The translations under genes were made by a program, and so were the position numbers. The notes under the pieces are model-generated. The model made no database searches, was not told the origin of the DNA, and was given only the letters and a program-made list of their open reading frames with translations. DNA of 64,000 bases, taken from Candidatus Omnitrophota bacterium. GTDB taxonomy: Bacteria > Omnitrophota > Gorgyraeia > Gygaellales > Profunditerraquicolaceae. Positions 27,476 through 39,633 of the stretch are shown here, in pieces (the first letter of the stretch is position 1; each line of letters starts with the position of its first letter). The stretch spans positions 13,955 through 77,954 of the forward strand of contig JAPLLX010000004.1 of assembly GCA_026387335.1 (NCBI GenBank). Direction: 5' to 3'.

Positions 27476-29140
27476 TTAGGCTAACCCGCCGATAAACTGG
27501 TTTATGGCTTGTCCCGCCGGAACCATCGGAAAGACGTTCTCCTCCGGCTCTATCTTAAAATCGATTAAAACGGTGTTATCTATCGCGACTGCCTTTTCCA
27601 GCGCAGCCCGGACCTCTTCTTTTTTAGTGACGCGTATGCCGACCGCTCCGTAACTCTCCGCTAATTTTACAAAATCCGGGCTAGTTATCTCAACTTGAGA
27701 ATAGCGCCGCTTATAAAAAAGCTCCTGCCACTGCCGCACCATTCCTAAATAGCCGTTATTTAAAATCGCGACCTTTACATTTATTTTATTGGCAATACAG
27801 GTCCCTAATTCCTGGATATTCATTTGTATTGAACCGTCTCCGGCAATATCAAATACGGTCTTACCCGGGCAACCCACTTTTACGCCCATTGCCGCCGGCA
27901 AGCCAAATCCCATGGTCCCTAATCCGCCTGATGAAATAAATGTGCGGGGAGCCGTATATTTGTACCATTGCGCCGCCCACATCTGATTCTGCCCTACTTC
28001 GGTAGTAATAATCGCGTCGCCTTCAGTCACCTCGTAAATCTGCTCCACCACATATTGCGGCCGCAGCTTATTATCGTTTTCATAGACTAAAGGATATTTT
28101 TTCTTCCAACCCTCAACTGTTTTCAGCCACTCTAGCGTATTAGGCGTCTTTTTAATTTCTTTCAATAATTCGGTTAAAATACTTTTTGCGTCCCCCACTA
28201 TCGGAATATGCACATTTACATTCTTGCTGATAGAAGAAGGATCAACATCAATATGAATTACCTTAGCGTTCGGAGCAAAAGCGTCCAGCCGTCCGGTCAC
28301 CCGGTCATCAAAACGCGCGCCTACCGCAATAATAAGGTCAGACTCCATAATAGCGTGGTTGGCGTAGGCAGTCCCGTGCATACCCAGCATACCTAAAGAC
28401 AATTCATGGGTCGCCGGAAATCCTCCTATGCCCATCAGGGTCCAGGTCAAAGGAGCGCTGATTTTTTCCGCTAACATCTTTAATTCTTTATGCGCGCCGG
28501 AAGTAATTACTCCGCCTCCGGCATAAATTATCGGCTTCTTGGAAGTAGCGATGAGTTTAGCCGCTTTTTTAATCTGTCCGGGGTGTCCCAAAAGAGTCGG
28601 ATTATAACTGCGTATCTGGACCTTCTTGGGCCAATCGAATTCCGTATCCATCATCTGGATATCCGAAGGGATATCTATTAATACCGGTCCGGGCCTACCC
28701 GTCGAAGCGATATAAAAAGCTTCGGCAATAGTCCGCGCCAAGTCTTTAACGTCCTTAACTAAAAAATTATGCTTAGTGATGGGCCGGGTGATACCGGTAA
28801 CATCGGCTTCCTGAAAAGCGTCATTACCGATTAAGAAACTCTTCACCTGGCCGGTGATGGCGACCATAGGAATAGAATCCATATAGGCATTGGCAATCCC
28901 CGTCACTAAATTCGTAGCGCCCGGGCCAGAAGTTGCCAGGCAGACCCCTACTTTTCCGGTTGCGCGGGCATAGCCGTCGGCAGCATGTGCTGCTCCCTGT
29001 TCATGGCGGGTCAGGATAAAACGTATATCCGAATCATAGATACTGTCAAATATAGGCAGTACCTGGCCTCCGGGGTAGCCAAACATTACTTCTACCCCTT
29101 CGCGCTTCAAAGACTCTAATAATATCTGTGATCCCTTCAC
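27476..29140 (-). CDS. ilvB: Acetolactate synthase large subunit
   Basis: TPP enzyme; 554 aa; [12 protein letters not shown]. Confidence 0.9.
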   Translation of the reverse strand: MKGSQILLESLKREGVEVMFGYPGGQVLPIFDSIYDSDIRFILTRHEQGAAHAADGYARATGKVGVCLATSGPGATNLVTGIANAYMDSIPMVAITGQVKSFLIGNDAFQEADVTGITRPITKHNFLVKDVKDLARTIAEAFYIASTGRPGPVLIDIPSDIQMMDTEFDWPKKVQIRSYNPTLLGHPGQIKKAAKLIATSKKPIIYAGGGVITSGAHKELKMLAEKISAPLTWTLMGIGGFPATHELSLGMLGMHGTAYANHAIMESDLIIAVGARFDDRVTGRLDAFAPNAKVIHIDVDPSSISKNVNVHIPIVGDAKSILTELLKEIKKTPNTLEWLKTVEGWKKKYPLVYENDNKLRPQYVVEQIYEVTEGDAIITTEVGQNQMWAAQWYKYTAPRTFISSGGLGTMGFGLPAAMGVKVGCPGKTVFDIAGDGSIQMNIQELGTCIANKINVKVAILNNGYLGMVRQWQELFYKRRYSQVEITSPDFVKLAESYGAVGIRVTKKEEVRAALEKAVAIDNTVLIDFKIEPEENVFPMVPAGQAINQFIGGLA

Positions 29141-30789
29141 CTTAATATCGCTCCCTTATCCGCCGAAGTAACCAACCTGGAATACCTGGACAAATATCCT
29201 GTCCTGATTTTAGGCGCTACAGGTTTCCAATTTTTAAATCTTTTCTTGATCTCTTCTTTAGTCAATTTTGCTTCTATTTTTCTATTAGGGATATCTATTG
29301 TAATTGTATCACCATCTTTTAGAATTGCAATCGGCCCGCCGCTGGAGGCTTCCGGAGAGATATGGCCGATGCAGGGGCCTTTTGTCCCGCCGGAAAAACG
29401 GCCGTCCGTAATAAGCGCTACTGAATCCGCTAACCCTAAGCCCACAATCGCGGCAGTCGGCGCAAGCATCTCGCGCATACCTGGTCCGCCGGCCGGACCT
29501 TCGTAACGAATAACAATACAATCGCCTTTTTTGATCTTATTGTTCATGATCGCCTGCATTGCCTCTTCCTCGCGGTTAAATACGCGGCTGCGTCCTGTGA
29601 ACTTCATCATCTTAGCGCTTACCCCGCTTTGTTTAACCACTGCTCCGGCGGGAGCAATGTTTCCAGACAACACAGCAATGCCGCCCTGTTTATGATAAGC
29701 CTTATTCAGGGGCCGGATTACCTCCTCATCAAATATTCTGGCCTTATCGGCGATCTCAAAAGTTTTTTCTCCGCTGACATTTAAAACATTATTCAATTTA
29801 GACTTCAACCTCTTTAAAACCGCAGGGATCCCTCCGGCATATTCTAAATCTTCCATAAAATGCGGGCCTGACGGTTCTAAACTGGTAATATGCGGCACGG
29901 ATTTACTGATTTTGTCAAAAGTTTTTAAATCTAACCCGATTCCGGCTTCGTGAGCGATTGCCATAAGATGCAAGACCGTATTACTTGAACCGCCTAAAGC
30001 CATATCCACCACAATGGAATTCTCCAGGGATTTCTTAGTAATAATATCCCGCGGCTGGATATTCTTTCTTACCAGCTCCACGATCCGCTCGCCGCTGGCT
30101 TCGGCGATCCTGCGCTTCTTGGCGGACGCTGATAAAGCTGTGCCGCAACCCGGAATTGACATCCCCATAGCCTCGGTAAGGCAGGCCATGGTATTCGCCG
30201 TATATAAACCCTGACATGAACCACTTCCGGGGCAAGCCTCCATCTCTAAACAGGATAATTCCTCCTGGGAAATATCGCCTTTTTTCGCCCGGGCCATTCC
30301 CTCGTAAGTATCGTGCACAAAAGCCAGCTTACGTTGGTTGAAACGCCCGGAGAGCATTGGCCCGGCAGTCACGATAATTGCCGGGATATTTAGACGCGCG
30401 ACACCCATCAGCATACCGGGAGTAATTTTATCGCAGTTAGTCAAACAAATGATCCCGTCTAATTGATGGGCATTGCATACTGTTTCAATTGTATCGGCGA
30501 CAATCTCGCGTAAGGCTAATGGATAGCACATCCCCAAATGCCCCATCGCGATTCCGTCGCAGATTCCCGGCACTCCGAATAAAAACGGAACACCCTGGCC
30601 ATAACAAATTCCGCGTTCAATAAAACGCTCTAAATCGCGCATGCCGATATGTCCGGGAATAAGATCGGTAAAAGAAGTAGCGATGCCGATAAACGGCCTA
30701 GCCAAATCTTTTCTGGATAAGCCTGTCGCGTGTAAAAGCGCGCGGTGCGGGACCCTCTCTAAACCTTTCTTGATTATATCGGATCTCAT
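29137..30789 (-). CDS. ilvD: Dihydroxy-acid dehydratase
   Basis: CDGIAMGH and [16 protein letters not shown] motifs. Confidence 0.9.
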   Translation of the reverse strand: MRSDIIKKGLERVPHRALLHATGLSRKDLARPFIGIATSFTDLIPGHIGMRDLERFIERGICYGQGVPFLFGVPGICDGIAMGHLGMCYPLALREIVADTIETVCNAHQLDGIICLTNCDKITPGMLMGVARLNIPAIIVTAGPMLSGRFNQRKLAFVHDTYEGMARAKKGDISQEELSCLEMEACPGSGSCQGLYTANTMACLTEAMGMSIPGCGTALSASAKKRRIAEASGERIVELVRKNIQPRDIITKKSLENSIVVDMALGGSSNTVLHLMAIAHEAGIGLDLKTFDKISKSVPHITSLEPSGPHFMEDLEYAGGIPAVLKRLKSKLNNVLNVSGEKTFEIADKARIFDEEVIRPLNKAYHKQGGIAVLSGNIAPAGAVVKQSGVSAKMMKFTGRSRVFNREEEAMQAIMNNKIKKGDCIVIRYEGPAGGPGMREMLAPTAAIVGLGLADSVALITDGRFSGGTKGPCIGHISPEASSGGPIAILKDGDTITIDIPNRKIEAKLTKEEIKKRFKNWKPVAPKIRTGYLSRYSRLVTSADKGAILR

Positions 30790-30798
30790 TCTGGCCTC

Positions 30799-32124
30799 CT
30801 AGTCTGCCCCTTCTCCGTCGTGAACGACCTCATTCGCTGCTTTACGCGGCCGGACAATCACGCGTTTTAAAGTTACATATTTATTAGCCAATTCCCGGTT
30901 GTTAACCGAGCTTAACTGCTTGAAAAGAAAATCGAACTTGCTTTCAATCTCCGCGGCGATTTTAGCGCGCGTATCCTCAGGTAACCCCATAATATCTTTT
31001 TTGAACGGGCCAAGCGCTTTTTTGCGCGCCTTATAGAAAAACTGTTCGTCGCTCTCACCCTGCTTTCTTTCGCTGGCGGCATTAACTATCAACCAATCAT
31101 ACATCTTTTTCTTTAGGTCCGCGGGAAAATTCTGGCTTTCCAACATCATATTCTGAAAACCCGTTGCTAAATGCACTTCTATCGTATTATGCTCCGGAAA
31201 TTTATGGAACATATCTTCGGGTAAGGTTGACGCCCCGTGCTGTACCGCTCCTCCCAGGCCAAACTCTTTCTGGGCAATACCGGAAAGAGTCTTAAGGGTA
31301 CCAAAATCCAGCTTTACTTCAGCAATTGACCCGTCAGCCTTAACCACACCGCCATGAGAAGTTCCGGTCTGTATAGAGATCTTGCTGATTCCGGTTAAAC
31401 CCTTGCGTAATTTTTCGCGGTATCCTCCCATAAACGCGCGCAGGTCTTCCGGGGTGGAATTCTGATGCCCTACCTCGCCTATCTCGCCGCCTACCGAAAC
31501 AGTAATGCCTTTTGGTTCTATTCTACGGATAAACTGCGTAAGCTTCGCGCAAACTTCATAATTATTTTTCTGCTGCTTTTTGATATCCGTTTTGGATAAA
31601 TCCACCAGAGTCGATGAATCAATATCAATATTATAAAAACCGGCACTTATTGCGTCGGCAATCAGGTCCTGCAACGCCTGCAATTCCTTATCCGGATCCT
31701 CCTGAAACTTTTTGGCATTTACCTGCACATGGTCCGCTTGGATAAATACCGGGCCTTTATAACCTTCTTTAATCGCGGCTCCCAGGACAACGCTGACGAA
31801 TTCAACAGGAGCCTGAGCAGTATAACCCATTTCAGATTTGGCGATTTCAAAGATGAACGCCCCGCAATTATTTTTAGCGGCGACCCTGAATATCGCGCGG
31901 GCCAAATCATAACTCATACTCCGTAAATTTATCGCCGGCACGGTAAAACCGCTGAATTCTTGCCTACCGGCAGCCATATAAAAATCATGAATGCTCGCCG
32001 GGTAAATCCCCTTTTTATAGGCTAGGCCTAATATTTTTTTAGCTAATGCCTTTTTTGCCGCAACAGCGTCGTTAAATATTAAATCCTTAACAATTTTATC
32101 AATACTTAAGGCCTTCCTTCCCAT
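30799..32124 (-). CDS. fba: Class II fructose-bisphosphate aldolase (long form, 441 aa)
   Basis: IQADHVQ, GGEIGEVG, QTGTSHGG and VQHGASTLPE zinc-aldolase motifs. Confidence 0.8.
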   Translation of the reverse strand: MGRKALSIDKIVKDLIFNDAVAAKKALAKKILGLAYKKGIYPASIHDFYMAAGRQEFSGFTVPAINLRSMSYDLARAIFRVAAKNNCGAFIFEIAKSEMGYTAQAPVEFVSVVLGAAIKEGYKGPVFIQADHVQVNAKKFQEDPDKELQALQDLIADAISAGFYNIDIDSSTLVDLSKTDIKKQQKNNYEVCAKLTQFIRRIEPKGITVSVGGEIGEVGHQNSTPEDLRAFMGGYREKLRKGLTGISKISIQTGTSHGGVVKADGSIAEVKLDFGTLKTLSGIAQKEFGLGGAVQHGASTLPEDMFHKFPEHNTIEVHLATGFQNMMLESQNFPADLKKKMYDWLIVNAASERKQGESDEQFFYKARKKALGPFKKDIMGLPEDTRAKIAAEIESKFDFLFKQLSSVNNRELANKYVTLKRVIVRPRKAANEVVHDGEGAD

Positions 32125-32150
32125 AGCAAGTAACTTCTCCTTCCATTTCA

Positions 32151-32223
32151 GGGACGGTTCTCAAGCCAATCTTAAAGTGTCCCCTTAGTAGGGACACTTT
32201 TGCTTTGAGTTGAGAACCGTCCC
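32151..32223. repeat. Nested palindromic element between pfkA and fba: outer GGGACGGTTCTCAA / TTGAGAACCGTCCC, inner AAAGTGTCCCC-TTAGTA-GGGACACTTT
   Basis: Perfect 14-bp and 10-bp inverted repeats read directly. The GGGACGGTTCTCAA 14-mer recurs at 47596..47609. Confidence 0.6.
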
Positions 32224-32225
32224 TA

Positions 32226-33203
32226 CTAGGTTAAAGTTTTAATTAATTTTAATATATTTTCTACGTTGAGCTCTTTTTTCTTAATCGCTGTTTCAAAATC
32301 TACGCTGACTATTTTGCCTGCGCTAAAACCTAGCGCTTTATCTTTTTCGCCCCGCATCAGCGCCTCAACCGCAGCTTTACCTAAATTTAAAGCCAAGTCC
32401 CTGGATAATGCCGTAGGCCTGCCGCCGCGTTGAATATGCCCAAGCGTAATAGCGCGGGTCTCCAGGCTGGTTATTTCGGTTATCTTTTTGGCGATGTCAT
32501 TAGCCTTACCCGCTCCTTCAGCCACCACAATAATCCAGCTTACTTTACCGATAAGATTACCATGGACAATATCGTGGCAAGATGCCTCTAAGTCAACCGG
32601 CCTTTCCGGGATAAAAACATCTTCACATCCTCCGGCAAGAGCTACGGCCAGCGCGATAAAACCGCAGTCGCGGCCCATTACCTCCACCACAAAAATCCGC
32701 TCCATACTGGTTGCGGTATCCCGGATATTATCAATCGCGCAAAGCCCGGTATTGATGGCCGTATCAGCGCCTATAGTATAATCTATACCGTTTATATCGT
32801 TATCAATAGACGCGGCTATTCCTATACAAGGAACATTATACTTACTTCCGAATTTATGCGCGGCAGAAAAGCTGCCGTTACCACCAATCACTACCAGGCC
32901 GTCAATGGCGAATTTCTTAACCGTATTAAATGCCCGTTCCTGCCCCTCTTCGGTCTTAAACTCAGGACAACGCGCGGTTTTTAAGACTGTGCCTCCCTGA
33001 CTGATTATACCGGAAACAGAACGATGATCCAGAAGCTTAAGGTCTCCATTAATTAGACCCCACCATCCCCGGAATACTCCCATTACCTCTAGCTTATTAG
33101 CAACACCGCAGCGCACTACCGCCCGTATTGCCGGATTCATTCCCGGAGCATCCCCTCCGGTAGTCAAGACCGCTATTCTTTTTATCAAGTACCCATCTCC
33201 CAA
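32226..33203 (-). CDS. pfkA: 6-phosphofructokinase
   Basis: [12 protein letters not shown] and [10 protein letters not shown] motifs. Confidence 0.85.
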   Translation of the reverse strand: MGDGYLIKRIAVLTTGGDAPGMNPAIRAVVRCGVANKLEVMGVFRGWWGLINGDLKLLDHRSVSGIISQGGTVLKTARCPEFKTEEGQERAFNTVKKFAIDGLVVIGGNGSFSAAHKFGSKYNVPCIGIAASIDNDINGIDYTIGADTAINTGLCAIDNIRDTATSMERIFVVEVMGRDCGFIALAVALAGGCEDVFIPERPVDLEASCHDIVHGNLIGKVSWIIVVAEGAGKANDIAKKITEITSLETRAITLGHIQRGGRPTALSRDLALNLGKAAVEALMRGEKDKALGFSAGKIVSVDFETAIKKKELNVENILKLIKTLT

Positions 33204-34441
33204 CTGCTTAAATATTTCTTTTGTTCTTTAGTCAAGGTATCTATCTTTATCCCTAAAGATCTTAATTTTAAACTGGCTATCTTGCTATCAATATCTTCAG
33301 GGACCTTATATACCTGGTTTTTTAACCTCTTATAATTCTTCGCCATATACTCAGCGCAAAGAGCCTGATTGGCAAAAGACATATCCATGACAGACGCCGG
33401 ATGCCCCTCGGCAGCTGCCAGGTTTATAAGGCGGCCTTCTCCCAAAAGATAGAGCTTACGGCCGTCCTTTAAAATATATTCTTCCACAAAATCCCGTATG
33501 ATTTTTTTTCTTATACTTAATTTCTTTAATCCCGCTATATCTAACTCCACGTTAAAATGCCCGGAATTGCAGACTATCGCGCCATCTTGCATAATCTTAA
33601 AATGCTCTTTTCTTATAACATTTATATCTCCGGTAACAGTGACAAAAATATCCCCTATTCTAGCAGCTTCTTTTATCGGCATAACCCGGAATCCATCCAT
33701 ACTTGCTTCTAACGCCCGCAAAGGATCGACTTCTACGACAATCACTTTAGCGCCTAAACCATCAGCGCGTAAGCCAGCTCCCTTACCGCACCAACCATAG
33801 CCGCAAACCACAAAATTTGATCCGGCCAATAATTTATTAGTTGCCCGGATTATTCCGTCTATTGTAGATTGGCCTGTTCCGTAGCGGTTATCAAATAAAT
33901 GCTTGGTCAGCGCGTCGTTAACCGCGACTATCGGATAGCGCAATTTGCCGGCTTTAGCCAAGGCCCTTAAACGTATTACACCCGTGGTTGTCTCTTCAGT
34001 CCCGCCGATAATATTACTGTGCGCGCTAGCCGGACCGCTATGAATAGTGCTTACCAGATCCGCTCCGTCGTCCATAGTTATATCCGGAGAAGCTGCCAAA
34101 ACAGCCTTAATGTGCTTATAGTAAGTTTTGGTATCTTCGCCCTTAATCGCAAAAACCGAAATTTTAGAATCTTTAACTAATGCAGCGGCTACATCATCCT
34201 GAGTGGATAGCGGATTGGAGGCGGCGATGAAAACCTGCGCGCCACCGGCTTTTAAAACACTACCCAAAACACCTGTTTCGGTTGTAACGTGAAGACAGGC
34301 GGCGATCTTTAATCCTTTTAAGGGTTTTTCTTTTGCAAATCTCTGTTTAATCAGATTTAAAACAGGCATATTATTGCTTGCCCACTCAATACGCAAGCTG
34401 CCTTTTTTAGCCAAGTTTATATTCTTGATATCATATTTCAT
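33185..34441 (-). CDS. ahcY: Adenosylhomocysteinase
   Basis: 418 aa; NAD-binding [11 protein letters not shown]. Confidence 0.85.
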   Translation of the reverse strand: MKYDIKNINLAKKGSLRIEWASNNMPVLNLIKQRFAKEKPLKGLKIAACLHVTTETGVLGSVLKAGGAQVFIAASNPLSTQDDVAAALVKDSKISVFAIKGEDTKTYYKHIKAVLAASPDITMDDGADLVSTIHSGPASAHSNIIGGTEETTTGVIRLRALAKAGKLRYPIVAVNDALTKHLFDNRYGTGQSTIDGIIRATNKLLAGSNFVVCGYGWCGKGAGLRADGLGAKVIVVEVDPLRALEASMDGFRVMPIKEAARIGDIFVTVTGDINVIRKEHFKIMQDGAIVCNSGHFNVELDIAGLKKLSIRKKIIRDFVEEYILKDGRKLYLLGEGRLINLAAAEGHPASVMDMSFANQALCAEYMAKNYKRLKNQVYKVPEDIDSKIASLKLRSLGIKIDTLTKEQKKYLSSWEMGT

Positions 34442-35610
34442 ATTTTCCCTGCCTGTTTCTTTAAGGTTGCCGCCTTATCCGTGCTCTCCCAGCTAAACTC
34501 AGGTTCAGTCCTGCCAAAATGGCCGTAACAAGCGGTCTTTCTGTATATCGGGCGCAAAAGATCCAGGGCCTTAATCATCCCCTGCGGAGTAAGCTCAAAG
34601 TTTGCCCTGATCAATTTTATAAATTGGGTTTCCGTTAGCTTTCCCGTTCCAGAGGTATCCACCATAATCGCCAAAGGATCGGCTTTACCAATAACATAAG
34701 CAAGATGAATAAGGCATTTATCCGCTAAGCCCGCAGCGACAATGTTCTTGGCGATGTAACGGGCCATATAAGCTGCCGAACGGTCAACCTTGGTCGGGTC
34801 CTTTCCGGAAAAAGCGCCTCCGCCGGGAGCGGCTGCTCCGCCGTAGGTATCTACGACAATCTTTCTTCCGGTCATGCCGGTATCGGATTGCGGGCCCCCG
34901 ATAACGAATTTACCTGTCTCATTGATAAAATATTTTGTATCCTTATCTAAGTATTCCTTTAAAACAGGCTTGGCAATCACATCAATAAATTCTTGACGGG
35001 CTGCTTTAGTAATCTTTTCTTTAGTGGAATCCAGGATCTCTTCAGTATGCTGACAAGCCAACACGACAGAATCTACTCTCTTAGGATGGCCATCATGATA
35101 TTCAACGGAGACCTGAGATTTGCAGTCAGGGCCTAAATATTTTAAAATCCCCTTTCTCCTTACCTCAGCCATCCGGCGGACCAATTTCTGGGAGAGCATA
35201 AGCGGTAAAGGCATAAGTTCTTCGGTTTCCCGGCAGGCAAAACCGACCATAAAACCCTGGTCTCCCGCGCCTCCCGTATTTACACCCTGGGCTATATCCG
35301 GAGACTGACTGTTAATTGTATTAATGATAGCGCAGGTATGATAATCAAACCCGTATTTAGGATGCGTATAACCTATCTCTTTAATGATTCCGCGGCTCAA
35401 TTTCTGGATATCAACATAAGCGGTTGTCGTAATCTCCCCGCCTACGATCAAAAGCCCCATAGTTACAAAAGTTTCGCAGGCGACCCTGCCGTAAGGATCC
35501 TGCTTTAAAACCTCATCCAATACACCGTCGGATATCTGATCGCAAACCTTATCCGGATGCCCCTCACCTACCGACTCAGAAGTAAAATAGTGCTTACGCC
35601 CTGCTGTCAT
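34438..35610 (-). CDS. metK: S-adenosylmethionine synthetase
   Basis: [20 protein letters not shown]; [19 protein letters not shown]. Confidence 0.9.
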   Translation of the reverse strand: MTAGRKHYFTSESVGEGHPDKVCDQISDGVLDEVLKQDPYGRVACETFVTMGLLIVGGEITTTAYVDIQKLSRGIIKEIGYTHPKYGFDYHTCAIINTINSQSPDIAQGVNTGGAGDQGFMVGFACRETEELMPLPLMLSQKLVRRMAEVRRKGILKYLGPDCKSQVSVEYHDGHPKRVDSVVLACQHTEEILDSTKEKITKAARQEFIDVIAKPVLKEYLDKDTKYFINETGKFVIGGPQSDTGMTGRKIVVDTYGGAAAPGGGAFSGKDPTKVDRSAAYMARYIAKNIVAAGLADKCLIHLAYVIGKADPLAIMVDTSGTGKLTETQFIKLIRANFELTPQGMIKALDLLRPIYRKTACYGHFGRTEPEFSWESTDKAATLKKQAGKI

Positions 35611-35624
35611 GACTCCTCCCTTTA

Positions 35625-36359
35625 TTAAGCAAAATTATTCTTTGCTGCGTTTAAATATTTAAAATCCCCGATATCATACCAAGAACCCTGGAATACAAAT
35701 CCGTAAGTCTTTACTTTATCTTTAAGCCAATCTATATAGTTACCCGTAGCATCAGCCCTTTTATTAATCTGCATATATTCTTTAATCAGGCCTAAGCATT
35801 CAAAAGGTATATAATAAAGGCACATTGCCACTAGCTTGGATTTTGGGTGTTTGGGTTTCTCTTCAAAATAAACAACCCGCTTATTCTTATCTAACTTAGC
35901 TACGCCATACCTGGATGCGTCCTTCAGGGATTTTAACTCATAAAGGCCGATAGTTGCCGCGGGTTTTTTCTTATCAGCGAACTTTAAAAATCTTTTTAAG
36001 GTCCCGCTAAACAGGTTGTCCCCGCCGATTACCAAAACATCTTCTTGGATACGCTTTTTATTTATGACAAAATTAACGTCGCCTATGGCCCCCAGCCTAT
36101 CGCTGTTACTTTGGGTCCGGTCATCCACTAATGTCAGGAGCTTCCTTACGTGAGCCGATCTTCTCCATTGGCGGAATTTAGAAATAAATTTGCTGTTGGT
36201 TACTATGAATATTTCGCTAACCTTATCCGCGGCTTCCAGCTTTTCAATAATATACTCAAGGATCGGTTTATCCCTGACCTTAAGCAAAGGTTTAGGGTAT
36301 TCTTTGGTTAAAGGATATAACCGCGTGGCGTACCCCGCGGCTAAAATCAGGGCTTTTAT
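35625..36359 (-). CDS. Sugar-phosphate nucleotidyltransferase (glucose-1-P thymidylyl/uridylyl-transferase-like); apparent non-ATG (ATA) start overlapping the ptsI stop
   Basis: The ORF track begins at TTG 36287, but the in-frame upstream sequence encodes (I)[25 protein letters not shown], the canonical NTP-transferase N-terminus. The only candidate initiators are ATA 36359..36357, CTG or ATT; there is no ATG, GTG or TTG. Confidence 0.55.
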   Translation of the reverse strand: MKALILAAGYATRLYPLTKEYPKPLLKVRDKPILEYIIEKLEAADKVSEIFIVTNSKFISKFRQWRRSAHVRKLLTLVDDRTQSNSDRLGAIGDVNFVINKKRIQEDVLVIGGDNLFSGTLKRFLKFADKKKPAATIGLYELKSLKDASRYGVAKLDKNKRVVYFEEKPKHPKSKLVAMCLYYIPFECLGLIKEYMQINKRADATGNYIDWLKDKVKTYGFVFQGSWYDIGDFKYLNAAKNNFA

Positions 36360-38086
36360 TTTAGTATCTCCCTTAACTTGGCCTGGGCAAATTCTTCTAC
36401 CTGAACGCCCGTAGAAAATGTTAATGCCTCTTGGGCTATCTCCTGGGCCTGTTTCAAAGTAACCGAACGAATCAAATATTTTAATTCCGGGATGACCTGC
36501 GGAGGCATACTGAATTCATCCAGCCCCAGCCCTAAGAGTATCAAGGCCAGGCTGGGCTCTCCGGCCATTTCTCCGCACATGCCGACATTAATATCAGCTT
36601 TGTGCGCTGAATCAATAATATTCTTAACCAAACGCAAAACCGCCGGATGCGCCGGCTCATAAAGATAAGCCACTTTCTCATTCGCGCGGTCAACAGCCAG
36701 AGAATATTGAATAAGGTCATTGCTGCCTATACTAAAGAAATCCGCCTCCTGGGCTAATATATCCGCGGTCAATGCCGCCGAGGGGACTTCAATCATCGCG
36801 CCTACCTGGATATCCTCATCAAAAGGCTGGCTCTTCTTCTTAAGTTCTTCCTTTGCCTCTTCCAATATTTTATTCGCCTGCCTTAACTCCTCTACACCTG
36901 AGATCATCGGATACATAAGTTTTAAGTTCCCGTGCACCGAAGCCCTAAGAATTGCTTTTAGCTGTAACCTGAATATATCCGGCCGGGCCAGGCAAAATCT
37001 GATCGCCCGCCAGCCTAAGAACGGATGCATTTCATGAGGAAGCTGAAATTGCGACAAAAATTTATCCCCGCCTAAATCCAGCGTGCGGATAATCACCGGA
37101 TACGGGTTCATTTCTTCAGCCACATATTTATAGGCCTGATAATGCTCCTCTTCCGTAGGCAGGTCTTTTCTGTTCATATAAAAGAACTCGGTGCGGTAAA
37201 GACCGATGCCTTCTCCTCCGTGTAATTTTACCGCCGGGACCTCCTCAGGGAATTCAATATTGGCATTGATCTCTATTTTATTTCCGTCAAGGGTGAGAGC
37301 AGGCAGATCCTTGGTCGAAAGAAACTTCTCAGTTACTCCTTTTAATCTTAATTCCGCGTTACGATACGACTCCAGTGTTTCTTCGTCCGGATCTACAATA
37401 ACAATGCCCAGCTGACCGTCTACGATCAGCATATCGCCCTGATTGATCTTCAGGATAGCTTCCTCAACACCCACTACGGCAGGTATCTCTAAGGACTTAG
37501 CCATAATCGCGGTATGCGAAGTCTTGCCTCCGACATCCGTAACGAATCCGGAAACGTTCTTCTTATGCATTGCCGCGGTATCCGAAGGCGAAAGATCATG
37601 CGCGACTATAATGACCCTATCCTTTAAATTTCCCAGGCCCCGTTTCTCTTTGCCTAAAAGGTTACGCAGTATTCTTTTGCCCACATCGTTTATATCGGCG
37701 ATGCGCTCTTTAAGATACTCATCTTCTATTTTAGCGAAAACAGAGACATATTTCTTCAAAACCTCCTGGAAGATGAACGCTACGTTTTGCTTATCCTTTT
37801 TAAGCCTGGAGATCACTTCTTCAATAAGCATCCGGTCTTCCAGGACCAATAGATGCGCGTCAAAAATTTGCGCCTCTTCCTGGCCCATATCCGCGCTTAT
37901 TCTCTTTTGTAGCTCAATAATCTCCCGGCGCGTTTTAATTAAGGCTTCCTCAAAAAGCTGTATCTGAAGAGGGATCTCTTGCTCGCTGATAATCTGCTTG
38001 GTGATAATAAACTCTTCTTTGCCTATCTTATAAGCCGAGCCTATACTTATCCCGCCGGCAGCAGCTATACCTTTAATCTGGATCAT
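36356..38086 (-). CDS. ptsI: Phosphoenolpyruvate-protein phosphotransferase (PTS enzyme I)
   Basis: 576 aa; GGKTSHTAIMAKSLEIPAVVG, with the catalytic His. Confidence 0.9.
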   Translation of the reverse strand: MIQIKGIAAAGGISIGSAYKIGKEEFIITKQIISEQEIPLQIQLFEEALIKTRREIIELQKRISADMGQEEAQIFDAHLLVLEDRMLIEEVISRLKKDKQNVAFIFQEVLKKYVSVFAKIEDEYLKERIADINDVGKRILRNLLGKEKRGLGNLKDRVIIVAHDLSPSDTAAMHKKNVSGFVTDVGGKTSHTAIMAKSLEIPAVVGVEEAILKINQGDMLIVDGQLGIVIVDPDEETLESYRNAELRLKGVTEKFLSTKDLPALTLDGNKIEINANIEFPEEVPAVKLHGGEGIGLYRTEFFYMNRKDLPTEEEHYQAYKYVAEEMNPYPVIIRTLDLGGDKFLSQFQLPHEMHPFLGWRAIRFCLARPDIFRLQLKAILRASVHGNLKLMYPMISGVEELRQANKILEEAKEELKKKSQPFDEDIQVGAMIEVPSAALTADILAQEADFFSIGSNDLIQYSLAVDRANEKVAYLYEPAHPAVLRLVKNIIDSAHKADINVGMCGEMAGEPSLALILLGLGLDEFSMPPQVIPELKYLIRSVTLKQAQEIAQEALTFSTGVQVEEFAQAKLREILK

Positions 38087-38352
38087 TTGTCTTCCTCATT
38101 AGAAATAATTTTCCCTAATTCTTCTAACGCTTCCTGCGCGTCCTCTCCGTCAGCCTCAATGATAATAACGCTATCCTTTTCCGCGCCAAGCATAAGGATA
38201 CCCATAATCGACTTGCCGTTGACTACCTCAGCATCCCGTTTAACGGTTATACGGGATTCAAATTTATTCGCCACCTGCACAAATAATGCCGCGGGACGGG
38301 CGTGCAGTCCGGATTTATTCTTCACTATTAATTGTTTCTTGACTAAGCTCAT
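38083..38352 (-). CDS. ptsH: Phosphocarrier protein HPr
   Basis: GLHARPA, with the His15 equivalent. Confidence 0.85.
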   Translation of the reverse strand: MSLVKKQLIVKNKSGLHARPAALFVQVANKFESRITVKRDAEVVNGKSIMGILMLGAEKDSVIIIEADGEDAQEALEELGKIISNEEDK

Positions 38353-38359
38353 GGAATAA

Positions 38360-39601
38360 TTATATCTCCTCGATCAAACCTAAAATAATTTTAGCCAATT
38401 TTTGAGCGTCATGCCGGATTACGCCGTTTTCAATAATAACAAAATCATCTTCAATAACGCGGCAGCCCATCTCTTCAATTTTCTTCCGGTCATGAACGAC
38501 TAAAGACGAACCCTGTAGAGAGTAACGCTTAAGAATACCCGGGGGCACTTCGCCTGTGTTAACCACGCAATAATCAATAATCCGCGGGTGAGAATGAGCG
38601 GTTAACACCTTAATATGCTCTGAAGCGTCGAAGCTGTCGGTCTCCCCCGGCTGGGTCATGGCGTTACAGACATAGACCTTTAACGCCTGCGAAGAAACAA
38701 CGGCCTCGGTAATCTCGCCGATCAACAGATTAGGAATAATACTTGTATACAATGAACCCGGCCCCAAGACTATAACCTGGGCTTCTTCTATTGCCTTTAT
38801 CGCATCGGGTGTCGCCAGCGATAACTCCGGGTTCAAATACACTCTTTTTATAGAGCGCTGCGTTTTAGGGATCTTATTTTCGCCTACCGTAGTTGTTCCA
38901 TCCTTATGCTCGGCCACCAAAACGACTTTATTCAAAGTTGACGGGATGACTTGCCCCCTTAAAGCCAATACCTTGCTGGTCTCCTTAATGGCCTTCTCAA
39001 AATCTCCGGTCAATTGCGTCATTACTGTTATAAAAAGATTCCCGAAACTATGCCCCGATAACGCGGATTTTGTATCAAAGCGAAACTGAAACAGGTCGCG
39101 CATCAACGTAGGCGCATCGGCTAAAGCCACCAGGCAGTTACGTATATCTCCCGGGGGCAGCATTCCGAATTCCTCGCGGATCCTTCCGCTTGACCCGCCG
39201 TCATCGGCAACAGTAACAATGGCTGAAAGATTGGTAGTAAACTGTTTTAATCCGCTCAATAAAACCGACAGCCCTGTCCCGCCTCCGATAACCACAACTT
39301 TCGGGCCCCGCGATAATTGCTTATTTTGATAAATGATGTCAAAAAGTTCACTCCCCTTGGAAGAAGGTATAAACGCGGCGATAAAAGAACGCATCATCCG
39401 CTTTATTCCTAATATTAATATTATAATACCGGAAAACAGGATTATGGAATCTAATATCTGGATACCCAAAAACTCATCCGAACGCAGGTGGCCGGTAGCA
39501 AAAATCAAGAGCAGCACTCCAAAGACGCCTAAACCGATCCAGCGCTTAAGCCCTATGCCGGGATAAAACCATTTAAGTGCATTATGAATTTTATTAGTCA
39601 T
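38360..39601 (-). CDS. YvcK/CofD-family gluconeogenesis factor-like protein with an N-terminal membrane extension
   Basis: UPF0052-like core (VVIGGGTGLSVLLSGLK) preceded by ~80 aa containing 2 TM segments. Confidence 0.65.
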   Translation of the reverse strand: MTNKIHNALKWFYPGIGLKRWIGLGVFGVLLLIFATGHLRSDEFLGIQILDSIILFSGIIILILGIKRMMRSFIAAFIPSSKGSELFDIIYQNKQLSRGPKVVVIGGGTGLSVLLSGLKQFTTNLSAIVTVADDGGSSGRIREEFGMLPPGDIRNCLVALADAPTLMRDLFQFRFDTKSALSGHSFGNLFITVMTQLTGDFEKAIKETSKVLALRGQVIPSTLNKVVLVAEHKDGTTTVGENKIPKTQRSIKRVYLNPELSLATPDAIKAIEEAQVIVLGPGSLYTSIIPNLLIGEITEAVVSSQALKVYVCNAMTQPGETDSFDASEHIKVLTAHSHPRIIDYCVVNTGEVPPGILKRYSLQGSSLVVHDRKKIEEMGCRVIEDDFVIIENGVIRHDAQKLAKIILGLIEEI

Positions 39602-39633
39602 CTTAATACTTCTTTTTTAGGACGAAAGACTGG

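Noticed and set aside
37443-37967. 174-aa plus-strand ORF inside ptsI; similarly 58854..59441 (in atpA), 56435..56905 (in atpD), 10738..11112 (in porB), 36720..37037, 33498..33800 and other antisense ORFs of 60-200 aa
   Set aside because: All lie antisense to highly conserved housekeeping genes, and their S/P/R/I-rich composition is typical of reverse-frame artefacts.
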